In this document: piece by piece, positions 1-13,894 of the stretch
Layout: each line of letters starts with the position of its first letter
How positions within the stretch are numbered: the first letter of the stretch is position 1
From: Eledone cirrhosa
Taxonomy: Eukaryota
Assembly (NCBI GenBank): GCA_964016885.1
Contig: OZ024744.1
Location: forward strand, 86,366,001-86,430,000
DNA: 64,000 bases
Reading direction: 5' to 3'
The notes under the pieces: model-generated
Seen by the model: only the letters and a program-made list of their open reading frames with translations
Databases searched by the model: none
What the model was told of the DNA's origin: nothing
Translations under genes and position numbers: made by a program

Positions 1-759
1 TGAGATGTGTTTATTGAAAAAAACAAAGAATTAATATAAAAAGTCTGTTTGGGAACAGGTTTTGAATTGACCAATAGAAAGGAGTTAGAGATCAAGTTCA
101 AAGAATAACAGTAGTAGAAATTAAATCTAGGAGTGGAGGAGTGCGGATGTATGCTTTGAATGAAAATAATTCTATGGGGAGGAGAAAGACGGGGGTTGAA
201 ATGATGTCAAGTCAAGAAGATAGTGAAGGGTACACGAACATTTTATGTTATTAAGGAATGTTGTTAAAAACAAAGGAAAATAAAATTTTGGGATAAGGGT
301 ATTAGTGAGAAATACCCATCTTATTTAAACTACAAGGAATCTAGATATATAAGAAGAAATGAAATTAATTGATAGGTATACTTACAGGGATAAAATTATA
401 ATAATTTATATGAATGTGATAAATAAAGAAGTAAAAAATGAAAGCAATAAAAAATATAAATATGGAAAAACTGAAGTAAATAAGCATTTTTATAAAGAGT
501 ATTGTATCTATAGGGACATTGATGATATTAAAGATATTAATAATCATTGGTATTAAATGTGATAAATAGGGGATGTAATTAAATGAAGCAGTGAGGTTAA
601 AAATAATTTTAGGAAAAGATAGCTGTAAGAGGGAAATAAAATTATGAAATTCTCTGTAGTAAAATACTAATTATAGGTTAACAAAATTTAAAAAATCAAT
701 TATAATAATTTGTAAAATATAAGAGTAAGCTATATATTAATTAAGTTTATAATATTTGA

Positions 760-1700
760 AGGTTTTTTTAATTCTATGATTGCAAGATATAATTAAATCC
801 TGTCGCTTATTTAATAGGATATCCTTAGTTTTCATGATTTCAAAAAGTTCTTAGGGGCATAACCTACACTCGTATCTGCTATTTTGATAAGGGGTGGCTC
901 TTTTGAGCACGCTCCAGGTCAGGTTGTAATCTCTGTTCTTTCTATAATTATTAATTGCTTCGGCCAAGGATGTTGTATTAGCTAAGGCGGCATTTTAAAA
1001 ACTATGTTTGTGGGTATTAAATCTTAGTTTAAATTGGTTAGACGTAGCTCCGATATATGAAAGAGTGGAGTCCTAATTTTACATTTATAGACTATTATTA
1101 ATAAGACAATTTCCCTTTAATGGACAATTTCTTTTTATTCTACAGTTACAACCATTCGTAAATATTATATCAGGGGAGTTAGTCAACATTTGTGTGGAGT
1201 TTCCAGGATTTGTTATAGGTGAAGGAGATGGTGGTTTGTTATGGTTTATTTTAGTAATATTATGGTTGGTTTGATGTGTTGGTGGTGTATTTATGCTTTT
1301 CTACACTTATATGCGTTGTACGCACTTATATTCTGTTGTATATTTTTGGTAGTGGAGTATGAAAATTTGACATTAGATCTATTTAAAATTTGATGGTATT
1401 TATGGTTTGGTGGGAAGATTTTCTCTAGGATAGCAAAGAATGTTTTAGGGATATCGTCTTTAATTTATAGATTAAATGGAGTATTATACCAAGTAATCCG
1501 TCTATTGCGGTTTCGACATTTTTAAAAATATTTATACGATGTATGAGGATGTTTACTAAGAGAGTTTCTATTAGCGATTTTATTATATATAGGTTTAGTT
1601 AGATTAACTGATTTAGGTGTTTTAATCTGATTACTAAGAATTTTGTTAGTTATGTTGTTAACATATGTTGGAGTATTAGGGTGAATGGTTTTTTGAACGT
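760..1700 (-). mobile_element. Penelope-like element relic, GIY-YIG endonuclease region (disrupted)
   Basis: Manual minus-strand translation, across stops and frameshifts, gives RNRRITWYNTPFN...IFPPNHKYHQILNRSNVK, CNCRIKRNCPLKGNCL, SYIGATSNQFKLRFNTHKHSF, WSVLKRATPY...CRLC and LLNKRQDLIISCNHR. This is the motif series of the PLE C-terminal linker/GIY-YIG domain. Confidence 0.8.
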
Positions 1701-1707
1701 CATTATC

Positions 1708-1891
1708 GGTAGATTGGCAGTATCGGTAGAGGGTCGGACGCCATGCTTTGAAGCATAGTTACGTCCCTTTACGGTCTGAGTTCAAATCCCGCCGAGGTTG
1801 ACTATGCCTTTCATCCTTACGGGGTCGATAAAATAAAGTACCAGTAATGTACTGAGTAATTGCTGGCCTTGTGCCAAAAGTAGAAACAATT
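1708..1891 (+). mobile_element. tRNA-derived SINE, family A (core resembles the MetaSINE domain)
   Basis: A-box-like TGGCAGTATCGG, B-box GAGTTCAAATCC, core GCCTTTCATCCTTACGGGGTCGATAAAATAAAGTACCAG and tail CCTTGTGCCAAAAGTAGAAACAATTAT; many copies in the window. Confidence 0.85.
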
Positions 1892-2007
1892 ATATTTATA
1901 TGTGAGAAGAGGTAGAGAAATAAAGTTTTGGGTTGGTATTTTGGGGTGTAGTATGAGTGGCATTTAGGTGTGGGTTTCTCATTTACTGTTTGTTGTTAAT
2001 ATTAGGT

Positions 2008-2123
<116 letters not shown>

Positions 2124-2248
2124 CAAATGCATACATATATATAAGGCGAGTGGCTGAGTGGTTAGGGAATTGGATTCGCAATCGTAAGGAAAGACGAATG
2201 AAAACATTGTTTCCTCAGTCCCTTTTGACGAAAGTCGATCGACTGTCG

Positions 2249-2280
<32 letters not shown>

Positions 2281-3139
2281 ATGACTATATATATATATAT
2301 ATTCAAAATAGGTGTTCGTTGTAGAAAGACTATGGAGAGACAACTGAAAGATGGACAGCCTAATCTCCGCAGTCAACCTTAGCAAAACACTATTCTTTCC
2401 AGACATTAATGTGACGTTGTATTTCACGTTGTTTCAGTTAACGAAGCTGTAGAAATCAGATAGCTATACATGGACGATTGCTGGTCTTCCACATACAACC
2501 TGGCCTTGTTTCTAGCTCCAAATCCCATGGTTATTCATGAGCGACGAAGGAGGGGAGTCTTGACCCTATACATATATATATATACACACACACAGAGACA
2601 GATACACACGCACACACACAGAGACACGCACACACACACACTCACACACAATACATATACATAATATACATATATGTTTGTGAATTGTGTATGTATAAAG
2701 GTATGTATGTATATATATGTGTAAGTATGTAGGTATGTATATGTGTGCGTATACTATATATAGATGCGCATATATTTAACAACTAGATCTCTTCGAATAT
2801 CCGATATATTAGCCAAACTCACGCAGTATGTGTAGAGATTATAGCTAAGAATGGCTGGTTTATGAAAGTAGAACTTTTCTATCTAGGGCTTTCGAACATT
2901 TATATCTCTAATGTTAAGATTTTCAGAGTATTTATATTTCATTACACGTACCTATTCCAAGTTACTCAAAATATACTGATTCCTAACCTCGCATGCATAC
3001 CGACACATATTCCTACTTATGTAACCAGCAACCTACCTACCTACATGCACGCTCACATATGACACATACATACAAACCCCCAGTACATGTATGTGTAAAC
3101 TACCCGTATATATATATATATATATATATATAAATTAAT

Positions 3140-3172
<33 letters not shown>

Positions 3173-3205
3173 AATATTTATTAAAATAACAGATTAAAGT
3201 TTAAG

Positions 3206-3265
<60 letters not shown>

Positions 3266-4329
3266 TCTTTAATACAAGTATTATCCTATGTCCTATGGTA
3301 TAAATATTTAAATAGAATGACACCAAATACTTAGACATATACATATAAACACTATATATAACTCTATACATAAATACATATGTATATATATGTGTGTGTG
3401 TGTGTCTGCCTGTAAGTATATATGCATATATGTATATATTCATATATATATATATAGGTGTGTGTGTGTGTGTGAGTGTCTGTGCGTGTGTATCTACATA
3501 TATAGATATTTATATATAGTGTATTTTCATATGTATGACTAAATATTTGGTGTCGTTCTTGAACATATCTGAGCCTTGTTTACCTGGCCAGCTTCACTTT
3601 AATTTTACCGCACTTAAATGTTGAATATAATCCATGCAAATACACTTTGCGGCGTAAATCCAAGTCAATATTCACCTCAATAATTCCATCACAAGAAATT
3701 CTGGCATCTTAAGTCTTTCATGACATTTGTAAGTCTCATGGATGACAATAGACTAGAATTAGCAGGCTGATCTAAGTTTCACATTATATCTAAAATATTT
3801 TCTGCGATATACCGATAGTTAAAGTAGTTAACATATCGAAATCATTAGGCACCATTTATGGTGTTTACTCTTATTCTCTTCTCAGGATTATATAACAAAA
3901 TGTTCCTGTAGGTTTCAGAATCTTTCATGCTATGACATATGAAATCAACTTTGTCCAAGCGAAGAGCCTACTTAAATAGGTAAATCTGTCTAGAATTATC
4001 GGAATGTAAATTTCAAGTTTGGTGACGGATTCGTGCTGAAAGTATTACATGTTGCTAACAGATTTCAGCTTTTGTCTAGAAATACATTGGAATCTTAAGC
4101 TCGTCTCCCCGAGTAAAAGATTAAGCGCTTAGCGTTATCCTTGTCTTCTAATTATGAGTGAAGAAACCTTTTTGATCTTCGATTTTCTGAAAAATACCTG
4201 AATATCTGCACTAGTCTGATGTCCCATTCACAGGGCTGAGCTTTGTATTATCGTAACTGCATTAGCGCATTTGATGTGGATTAACTTCTATAACTTTGTC
4301 CAATTATATCCCATTAGAGACTGAAGAGA

Positions 4330-4770
4330 TTCTTATAAAGCCAATACAGACATCGACGTTGATTTTGTGCAGAAAGATATAAAGCATCATCAACGAACTA
4401 CTCAGTTTTAAAAATGTGTTTCCCTTGTTCAGAGGCTTCTAGACTTTCTCTTCTGCGTGCACGAGGATATTCACAACATTGTAAAATAATTAAATGTAAA
4501 CATAAATAAGGTCTATTGAGAAAATCTAATATTTAATATGTGAAAAATGTATTTCATCTTTCCCAAGCTGGTTCGTAGTTAATTGAGCCGTACTTCGTTA
4601 AAGATGAAATTAGACTAAGATGTCAATTGAAGTACGCGGGTTTGTGGAATGTGCCTGGTAGAGCAATTTATTTGACTGTGGGTAACGTTGAGAAGCCTTA
4701 TATTCTTTCCAGCGCGAAGTATTTGAATCAAATACCAAAAGATTTTACAGGGAGATTATAAAAAAAGGAA
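4330..4770 (+). pseudogene. Possible highly decayed mariner transposase fragment
   Basis: Weak echoes only: IINELLSFKNV (cf. II...LG.RKV) and KYQKILQGDYKK (cf. the C-terminal KC...GDY.EK). Confidence 0.25.
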
Positions 4771-5040
4771 GGAAGGAAATGTTCACGTTTTTTAAAGCGT
4801 CCTATCCTGAATGCTTGTGTATAGGACGGCTACATTTTCAACTGGCTGGTTACAAACATCACAAATATGTGATCCGTACGGTAGACCTAGTGACGATATA
4901 TAGCCACAAATTGGGCTATTGGAAGTTGAATCTGTCATTCCCGATGCACAAAAGTGACAATGAACGAATTAACGAGTAATGTAGGTGGTAGTTGACAAGA
5001 CAGGCTGATTGCCGTAAAAAAATAGCTGTCATCAATAGAT

Positions 5041-5227
5041 ATAATTGTTTCTACTTTTGTCACAAGGCCAGCAATTAGCCCAGGGTATTACTGGTACTTT
5101 ATTTTATCGACCCCGTAAGGATGAAAGGCAAAGTCAACCTCGGCGGGATTTGAACTCAGATCGTAAAGGGACGTAACTATGCTGGAAAGCATGGCGTCCG
5201 ACCCTCTACCGATACTGCCAATCCACC
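5041..5227 (-). mobile_element. SINE family A
   Basis: Reverse complement of the 1708-1891 consensus, full length. Confidence 0.85.
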
Positions 5228-5739
5228 GAACTCAAAGATATAATGACAGATATAATGAAGATCAAAGATATAATGACAGCGAAAAGTAGATTGGTGAGTG
5301 GGGAAATGAATTAAATTAGAAAATTCGAATAAGGAAGATATTGTGACTGACATAGTAGGGAGGTGGATTGCCATAGAACAATTCTTTAAATCGAATTCTG
5401 ATAGTTGCTCTATGAGAGCTAAGGAGGATGCTCATAGACAGGAAAAAGAAGACAGTTCGATGAGATGAGAGTTAAATACTTATAGAAACGGATTGCTTTG
5501 ATTCTTGCTGGAAGTCGCGACGTACTACAAAGAGCTGATAATGCCAATTGAAATACATTTGATGGTATGTGCTTGTGCAAAAGGAAACACTGGATTTGGA
5601 TGATATTCACTCCAGATTTTACACTATTCGCTAACATCTTGGCGAAACTCATGTGGCGTCAGAATGGAAAAAAACTAAATTATATCTGCTAGGGAAATAT
5701 GAAAGGTGGACGGAAGCATAAACCAGCATGGATAAGACA

Positions 5740-7150
5740 GTGGGCTTGCAGCGCAGCTCAAGGAGAGGCAAATCCATGCCATTTTACAGCACTGTGAGAG
5801 GCTGGATGGATGGACCGGTGAAGCTGTTTGTGGTCTTGTTCAACCAGAACCTACAAGTAGATAACAACTGATACAAGGTAACGAGTAGGATGGGTCGAGA
5901 GGAAGCTCGAAGGATCGAGCAGATGTGGTAAACGAATTAATCTCTTCCATCGTCTACTACAGCCTGACCATTAGACCTTGCCACAGTCTGTGCCTCACTA
6001 CATTGGAATGCAGGTTCCACTGGTCAGGCGCTCGAACTGCTGTTAACAGAGTTTGCCCATAGGGCTGGGAATGCCGTGGCTAATGATACGTAAATATGCG
6101 TTGAAGCTACGGCATGTGCATACATTCCTACTCAGTGAAAATTTGTCGCTGTTTGTGATGCACCTATTTACGCAGCTCGGCTATTCGACTAGCTGCAATC
6201 TTCTGTGAAGCGAAGACCAAGCCTGTGAACCTAGCATTTTCAATGCAGTCAGGCGCTTCCTTCTACCAATCGAGAAATGCGGTCAGTGGAAATTCCATGT
6301 AGAGTGTTTCATAGAAGGCTTGTGGCCGGCAAGTGCGAAGACATCCTCGGGGAGACTCTAGACATCAACGAAAACGAACTAGCCAGTCTGTTCCGGACGG
6401 CTTTCCATTTGAAGGTTATGGATGATTTCCAGAAATCCGTGGCATGCCAATCCTACCGGCGAGTACAGCCGGTCCGAGATAAACACTACAAGCAGACACA
6501 GAAGTGCTTTCAGACAGGCCTGTTTTGTATGTGTGGTAATTTCCGACTTGTGGGGTTAAGTCGAACACCTGTTGTGGCATGTAGTACGGATCCGGCTAAT
6601 GATTGGGTCCCTCGTTAAGATTATACCCCGACACTTTTTGGCACGGAAGTGAAGGCAGTTTTCCTCTGATAGGTAGCTTTGGCAAAATAGGTTGTATGGT
6701 GGACGCGGCTGCAAGTACTGAAGACAATCACTTTCCACTTCGAATAAGCCTTCATCAAATTCTTCAAGTTACACTTGGAAAAAAAGCTGAGTGTAGAGAG
6801 GGAAGTACTGACCTTCAGTGCATCTGTTAAAAGGTGGGTGAATTTAGCAAAGTGAATGCGCCTACTCTAATCACGTACCTCTAGGCTGAAGAGTTCAGAA
6901 AGGCGAGGGTGTATTTCTGGTGTCTTCTTGATGATTAGGGTGGGGACTGATCTGTGGGGTTCCTAAACCGAACCAAAATGATGGTCCCCGCTAATGGGGA
7001 ATTCTGTTGTAATTTGTTTTCATTTTGTTACTTGTTTTGTTTTTGTTTTTGTTTATGCCTTTAGTTATGTAGAGCCCCACTCTCCTTATCCATTTGTATT
7101 ATCTCTTGGTTTTTGCGTTAATGACCAACGAATAAAGCATTATTGTTATC
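5740..7150 (+). mobile_element. Decayed 3' portion of a Tx1/L1-clade LINE related to 46583-52607
   Basis: DGPVKLF near 5808 matches WTDGPVKLLGVWF. ORF 6277-6618 (GKCEDILGETLD...MDDFQKSVACQSYRRVQPVRDKHY) matches ORF 46909-47505. The 3' UTR motif ATGGGGAATT is shared, and the copy ends AATAAAGCATTATTGTTAT. Confidence 0.75.
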
Positions 7151-7382
7151 ATTTTATCCCCCATTTTCAACCCGATGTTCTGTCGGAGTAATTCTCTTAG
7201 TCATCATCTCTACATTAGTATTCACATGCAGTGAGGGTATATTTTCTATGTTGCTCTTTTGGTTTGGCTATCTTTTAAGGATGCCAAGCCCTAATCACCC
7301 GTCCACGTATACTGAATGAAGTCATGGTGTTCTGTGTTCTTCAAACCACTGGGAATGAGGCACCAATTAGATCCGGTTAAAA

Positions 7383-7675
7383 CAGAGGTTCTCAAACCTT
7401 TGGGGCCACCGCCTCCCTCATGGTCAGGTAATAACCTCAGCCCCTCCAACCCTATTTCCAGAGAGACCTGTCTACATACAAATTCTATATAATATATAAT
7501 ACATAAAATCGTTAACTGATATATAATAAATAATACTATACTTTATATAAATAAATGTCATATATTTTTCATTTTACCTTAGGCCCTTGCAGTTCTCTGG
7601 ACCTTCTGTAGCACCCCCTCGGGGGTGCTACAGATGGTCCAGGGAACTGCTAGGAACGCCAATTTTGAGAACCTG
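7383..7675. mobile_element. hAT-type MITE
   Basis: Termini CAGAGGTTCTCAAA ... TTTGAGAACCTG; near-duplicated flank GGTTAAAA / GGTTAAAG; internal hairpin at 7584-7654. Confidence 0.65.
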
Positions 7676-8240
7676 ATGGTTAAAGCATATCTCCCTGAGT
7701 TTTGGAATAAAGTCTCTTTATACCGTATTACTCTATTTTCCTTTTTGAAAGTATATTTCCAGTGTTAACATAACGTTTCCTTAAATCGTTTCACTTTATT
7801 TCCAAAACAGAATGTAGACAACGGTACACCTTTGTTTAATGTATTACTCTATTATGTGTTTCAGCCGACTGGGTGAGGCCATACTAGAGCACCACCATTG
7901 ATTATTGTTATCTACATTTACATGTGGTATTGAAATAATTACTTTACTATATTTTTAACGGAACAGTAGCTAACTCTATGTCCCGTATTGATATATATAT
8001 TTTAAATTCTTTTCCTCTCAATGAGACAGAAGGCAACATTATGTCCAATTTTGAAATAATGTTTATTCAAATCCCGGTGAATAGCTCGTGTAAGTGATTT
8101 GAAACAACCGTGTAAAATTTATTTCCCGTATTCAAGAGGTCTTATATGCCGGACTAATTTTCATAGTTAAAAACCTACATTGAAACTGTTAAGTTTATGC
8201 TAACATAAAAGGTAAATCGCTCAGTGGTACACCAGTTACA

Positions 8241-8290
<50 letters not shown>

Positions 8291-10141
8291 AATATACGTT
8301 TGTTCTGTAATGTTAACAATTATTTAGCCACTACATGAGGCCCATCCACCTGCTTTAGACTTAAACCGACCGAGGCATTCCCCCACAAGATTATTACAAA
8401 CGTAAACGCAATTCGACTTAAGTATATCTCATAAAACACCATCCCCTGCCGCGTTTTTAATTTTTTTTTCTTTCTACTTGTCTCTTTTCAATACTTTACC
8501 CTCACAATTTCCTTTACAAAAGCCGATAAATAGTTAAGATTATGGATTGCTACACACGCACGACGGCTTCTTCCTTTTCTTAATGCGTATATGCATAGCA
8601 AATGATATAATATACTTCATAGCGGGTGCCTATGATAAGTTATTTTTACACTTGACAATGTACCAAACTTCTCACCTCTTCACCATAGACGGACATACGA
8701 TCCAACTGAATTTATTATCAGCTTTTACATTTAGCACCTTTAGCTGGACCACTTACTGTTTCATACGCGTCAAATTCATGTCAGGTATATGTGATTAATT
8801 CATTAGGATGGATCAACACCACGTATACATTAACGAACACTATACTGTAGTGCAAAAGAGAGAAGATGAGATTGATTTTCTTTGTGTTATGTGATCCAAT
8901 CTCCAGGTCGGAAGCTAAGTTTCACTCATTATCATAATAGCAAATATTCAAATAGGAATATTTGCTACACTAAAAATGCAAAATCTATATCGTATGTGTC
9001 AATGAATGCAGATTGATTGATATTTTCTGCTTCATACTATTGCTAAAATTTCACAGGTTTTCTAAATATATTTCAATTTCAAATTTGCACATATTAACAC
9101 AGAATTTGTTGCAAAGGTATTTTTTGTCAGAATATCATATTATCTGTGTGATGTATTTTGCCTAGTCACATAGCAATACATTTATAGTCGTCTTTTATCT
9201 CAATATTTTACACGTAGCTTTTGTACTCAAACTGGCAAAATAGATTACATTTTATCAAATATTTGATGTGTATTCCCCTGTGCAACACTAAATGATACCA
9301 TAATTCATATTACATTGATCTTTAGTATTCACATTTCGTCCTCTTCGTAGGTCAAAATGTCTACCGACATCAGCTAAGTGCCTATTTCTGGCGGCATTCC
9401 ATAAACCTCCGCTTCACCAATTGCCAGTTTATGTGTAAAGGAATTATCATAAATTCCTTGCTCTTCTTCAGGACAAGGGTAAGTGCCATTTATCGTCATC
9501 AGACAAATAAATTCACACCCACCGCAATTCTCACAACAATTTCAAGGAACTTTAGTAGGGAAAATGTGCCGTTTTTCTATGCGACGTCCTCTCGCATTTA
9601 TGCATCTGTTAGCATAAACCTCTGTGTAATTTCCACCAATACCTACAGCAGTACGGACAAGGAAACATTTCCATTTCCTTTTCATCTTCCTGTCCTAAAC
9701 ATCATCTCAGTATATTTAATTTTTCTCAGGCTACCGTGCAAAAACATATAACAAGATCAAAGAGAGATCCAAGCTAATCGCCCTGATATTGGTTATGAAA
9801 TGTCGTCTGATCAACCAATCATTCTCTACGATTGATAAGGTATCTCTGAAAGAAATGGAGAAATTATCGAAATATAAAATCTGAAAATAGAAAAAACGAA
9901 TATGCAGGCACAGATCCTATAAAGAATCGCGATAATAAAATAAGTGCCCAAGGAATGATAAACAAATACGCAGAAAGAAACATAAACAAAATCCAAGGAC
10001 TTATATGACATGCACAACATAACAGTACCAGGCACAGAAATACTATTACGAAGAGTAATTTCCATGCAATAGAAGCCCAAGGCAATCAGGGATGCAGTCG
10101 GAAATAAACATTAGATACAACTACTACTACCACCACCACCC

Positions 10142-10180
<39 letters not shown>

Positions 10181-10541
10181 ATAATAATAATAATAACAAT
10201 AACAGCAATAATAATAATATTGTTATATTTGGGGAAGGTCATGTTGTTCTAATATCGCCAAAATAAATGTTGGATTTACTTTTCACTTCAAAGTATTTTT
10301 ATATAAATGTAAACAGAGTTTTTCGAATATTAATAAAATTCGATTCCTTTGCAATTATGCAAACAAGCATCAATTTTATAGCCATGTCAGTAGAATGAAC
10401 CCTTTATTATTGCTCTTGTGTTGGCATGTGAACAGAACTGCAGACACTAATGTTTCTGGGTATCACCCTTCATCAGTACAGCTCACTGTTCACCTACCAA
10501 ACTGTCAGAGCTAGTGAAAATATATGCTATTTTCAAAAATA

Positions 10542-10994
10542 CACAGTCATTGATGGGCCTGATTTGCATATTAGCAGACTGGCTGATCAGTCAGATCTCC
10601 ATATTAACAGATCCACTGATCAGCGAGATTTGCATAACAGCAGACTGGTCAGTCAGTTTCCTGTATATGAGCGATAAGTGGCCGGCTTTGCCAAAATCAA
10701 AGAAAAAAGAAATGTTTCGCTCTACATGGCTGAATACAATAAATGTAATCTGGGTTTCAGCAGACAGGCTGATCTGTCAGATCTGCATATTAGCTGATCC
10801 ACTGATCAGCCAGATTTGCATATCAACAGACTGGCCAGCGATAAATGGCCGGCTTTGCCAGATTCAAATAAAAAAGAAACTGACTGGCCAGTCTGCTGAT
10901 ATGCAAATCTGGCTGATCAGTGGATCTGCTAATATGCAGATCTGACTGATCAGCCAGTCTACTAATATGCAAATTAGGCCGATCAGTCTCTGTG
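10542..10994. mobile_element. Foldback/MITE with ~120-bp TIRs built from ~33-bp subrepeats, flanked by TA
   Basis: 10542-10660 is the reverse complement of 10877-10994; a third internal copy lies at 10757-10880; ends are TA|CACAG ... CTGTG|TA. Confidence 0.7.
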
Positions 10995-12039
10995 TATTTA
11001 ATTTCTAAAAGTTTAATTTCTAAAAATTTAATTTCTAAAAGTTCTTTCATCACACATTTTCCTGTGAAATCTTCTGTGATTATCGCTGTGTTTCTATAAG
11101 TTTTGTTGTTGTTGTTGTTGTTGTTGTTGTCTCTGCTTCCGCATGCATTTGTGTGCTTGTATTCAGTTTGGTGTGTGCTCATGTTTTCGTGTCTGAATCT
11201 GCGCATGTTTGTGTGTTTATATTCTATATTTGTTCACTAGTGTGTGTTTCTGTATGGTTGTTGCTATTCCACCCATGTTTTTTGTCCAGCATAGGTTTTC
11301 TTCATTCCATTTATGTAGCCTCCCTAATTTGTCTAAGTGTCATTCCTATGTTTAGATATTTTTTAAACTTTTATGTTGTCTATTTTAGTATCGTGTTTTA
11401 GTCTGGCGTGTTCATATAGTACTGAAGTGTGTTTTTAGTCCTTTAGTCCTTTCGGACCCTTTAGTTCACTCCAGCATTCATCTATCCTCTCTCCTATGCT
11501 TTCGCTCCAATGTACGACGTTGTCATTTTTTTATGCAGGCACCCTCTGTATATCGTATGCTATTGACTATCTTTCTAGTTTTACGATTTATTTGTGGACT
11601 TACTCTACATACTACCCATTTCTTATTTGTACAGCGGGGTTTCTTGAAAGGGTTTTAGTGATCAGGAATTTTATGGTAGTTCCTGGCTTTTGTACAAATT
11701 TTAGACAAATTACTGAGGTTACGGAAATAGAATTAACAAAACCTACGCTGAATAGAAAACATAACTGGATTAGTAACATCCATCAGAATCAAAGTATATA
11801 TAACACTATATACAATATGTGTATGATGAATACGCGTATAATCTCGCAGTACATTCTTGATGCTGAGGCTATTATACATGTACGCCCATATCACTGAGCA
11901 GGTAAGCGACTGCAGAGGATGAATAATAATTCTTATATGCATGTATTCAACTCACTTAAACCGATACTGAAGTAGGTGTGATGTAACCTCAGCTTAAAAT
12001 ATCCACAGGTTAATGTAATGTTTATTATACATAAACTTC

Positions 12040-12250
12040 TAAACACCGGCCACTCTCCGACGGGTTTGAAGTCGAGCCCGTAGCAGTGGAGATTTCGAGT
12101 GTCCTTGGCCGCAGGGTCACCACCCTTCTCACAACCATCGACACGGAGTTGGCTACCCACAGGTGTGAGCCTTGCGAGCCGGAATGGCACTTCCAACGCA
12201 TCTCCCTCACCATTCTCCGGCTAAACGCCTTCTCTATTCTGTCCGTCCGG
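12040..12250 (+). mobile_element. 3' remnant of an RLE-type non-LTR element (CRE-like)
   Basis: Translation EPVAVEISSVLGRR...WHFQRISLTILRLNAFSIL resembles the RLE C-terminus P.AVET.G..G...FQRLS.AI.RGNA.SIL. Confidence 0.55.
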
Positions 12251-12656
12251 GCTGCGATACAGCCAAGTGTGGGTCCCCATTTGATTATAATATTGAGAGA
12301 TGAGGAGTGCGAGAAAGATGGATTCACTGAATATAAAATCTATGACATTATCCAAATGCAAGATGTGAGAAATTCATAATAGTCACTTAAGCAACATGTT
12401 TTAATATATGCCTTTAGTATGAAAGAATAATTTTATTAAATACAAGACCACACGTGACCCGTTGGGTTACGTTCACTTCAAAATATTTTTTTAAAATCAT
12501 GTTTACTTAAAAAATAATTTTTAAATAATTAAAATATACATAGATATGTATATAATGAGATATGAAACTGGAAGGCCCATATATATATATATACGTGTGT
12601 TTATGTGTATATATAAATGTGTGTATATATATGTGTGCATATATATATGTGTGTGT

Positions 12657-12720
<64 letters not shown>

Positions 12721-13029
12721 ATATCTGATCTATAAGCACTGGTCATACCCCCCCCCCACATATGCACACACACTCACACATATATATATACACACAACAA
12801 CACCACCAGCTCTCTCTCTCTGTCTCCTCTCCCAGTTTTTCTCTCTCTCTGTCTCCTCTCCCAGTTTTTCTCTCTCTCTCGCTCTCCGGCTCTCTTTCTC
12901 TCTCTCTCTCGCTCTCCGGCTCTCTTTCTCTCTCTCTCTGTTTATGAATGTACCCGGAATAAGTTGGTACTAGTTCCACAGTATGTATGTATGTATGTAT
13001 GTATGTATGTATGTATGTATGTATGTATA

Positions 13030-13848
13030 TTTTCTCTTTCTCTTAATTTCGAGTATATTTTCTTGACCGGCCACCTTCCTGGTGGCAAGGTTGTAAAAGA
13101 AAAGAAATTGTCATCCCTTGAATCGCAAGAATGTTTTGCATATTTTGAAGGTGCCAGCTATCGCAGCCATTTGTAGACTATGAATTAGGGAGCTGCGCTT
13201 TTTGTCCGCAAATCCAAGTTCGGTCATACTTTGGTCCAAGCGGGTTGGTATATAACCCGTAGCACCAATAATGATGGGTATGAAGCTAAAGGTGTATCTT
13301 GGATACTGGATTTGTAAGCTCCTCATCAATGGTCCGTAGATGTCCTCCTTCTCCTGTATTTTTCTGACAACGTTTACATCAAGTGGGCAGCTGATCTCCA
13401 CAACAGAACACGTTTTCAATGTGTGGTCCCAAACTACAATATCAGGCCGGTTGTGCTTTAATTTGGTGGCAGTTTTTATTTTCAGGTTCCACCAGTATTC
13501 CTTAGTGCCATCTGTCTCAATATATTCTTCCTCGTTTGTTGTTAATTTTGTTTTCCGAAGTGCGTTCCAGATAGTTCTAGCTATCCCATCGTGTCTCATG
13601 GGGAGGTAGTAGCGAGATGACATTCTTTCGCAGCTGGCAACAATGTGGCTTACATCCTCGATCTTTGTTTTACATAGCCTACATTTATTGTCAGCTGCTG
13701 GCCCTCCTCTTTTGTGCAGCAGATATTTGGTAGGGAGTTCTTGTTCCTGTATTGCATAGAGATATCCCTCAAGGTGTGATGTCATAAACTTGTCGGAACT
13801 CCATGCCAGGCTTTTTGAGTGGTTTATCCCCTCTATGGTCTGTGTTTT
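13030..13848 (-). mobile_element. 5'-truncated RLE-type non-LTR retrotransposon (R4/Dong-like) in a (CATA)n tract
   Basis: Uninterrupted frame from the 5' junction to the stop at 13111, followed by a short 3' UTR. (TATG)n lies on both sides (12982-13027 and 13849-13892). Confidence 0.85.
13111..13785 (-). CDS. C-terminal CCHC zinc knuckle plus restriction-like (PD..D) endonuclease of a non-LTR retrotransposon (5'-truncated)
   Basis: CRLCKTKIEDVSHIVASC, RHD, HNRPDIVVWD, VVEISCP, K...Y..L and PIIIGATG motifs. Confidence 0.8.
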   Translation of the reverse strand: MTSHLEGYLYAIQEQELPTKYLLHKRGGPAADNKCRLCKTKIEDVSHIVASCERMSSRYYLPMRHDGIARTIWNALRKTKLTTNEEEYIETDGTKEYWWNLKIKTATKLKHNRPDIVVWDHTLKTCSVVEISCPLDVNVVRKIQEKEDIYGPLMRSLQIQYPRYTFSFIPIIIGATGYIPTRLDQSMTELGFADKKRSSLIHSLQMAAIAGTFKICKTFLRFKG

Positions 13849-13863
13849 ATGTATGTATGTATG

Positions 13864-13894
<31 letters not shown>

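Noticed and set aside
9351-9751. Possible exon (CGTAG|...|GTAAGT) with an open frame
   Set aside because: No recognisable host protein. FTPTAILTTISR and ISVYLIFLR faintly resemble decayed LINE RT motifs, but are too weak to call.
10450-10945. Repetitive ORFs (ISQICILAD...)
   Set aside because: They are translations of the 33-bp MITE subrepeats.
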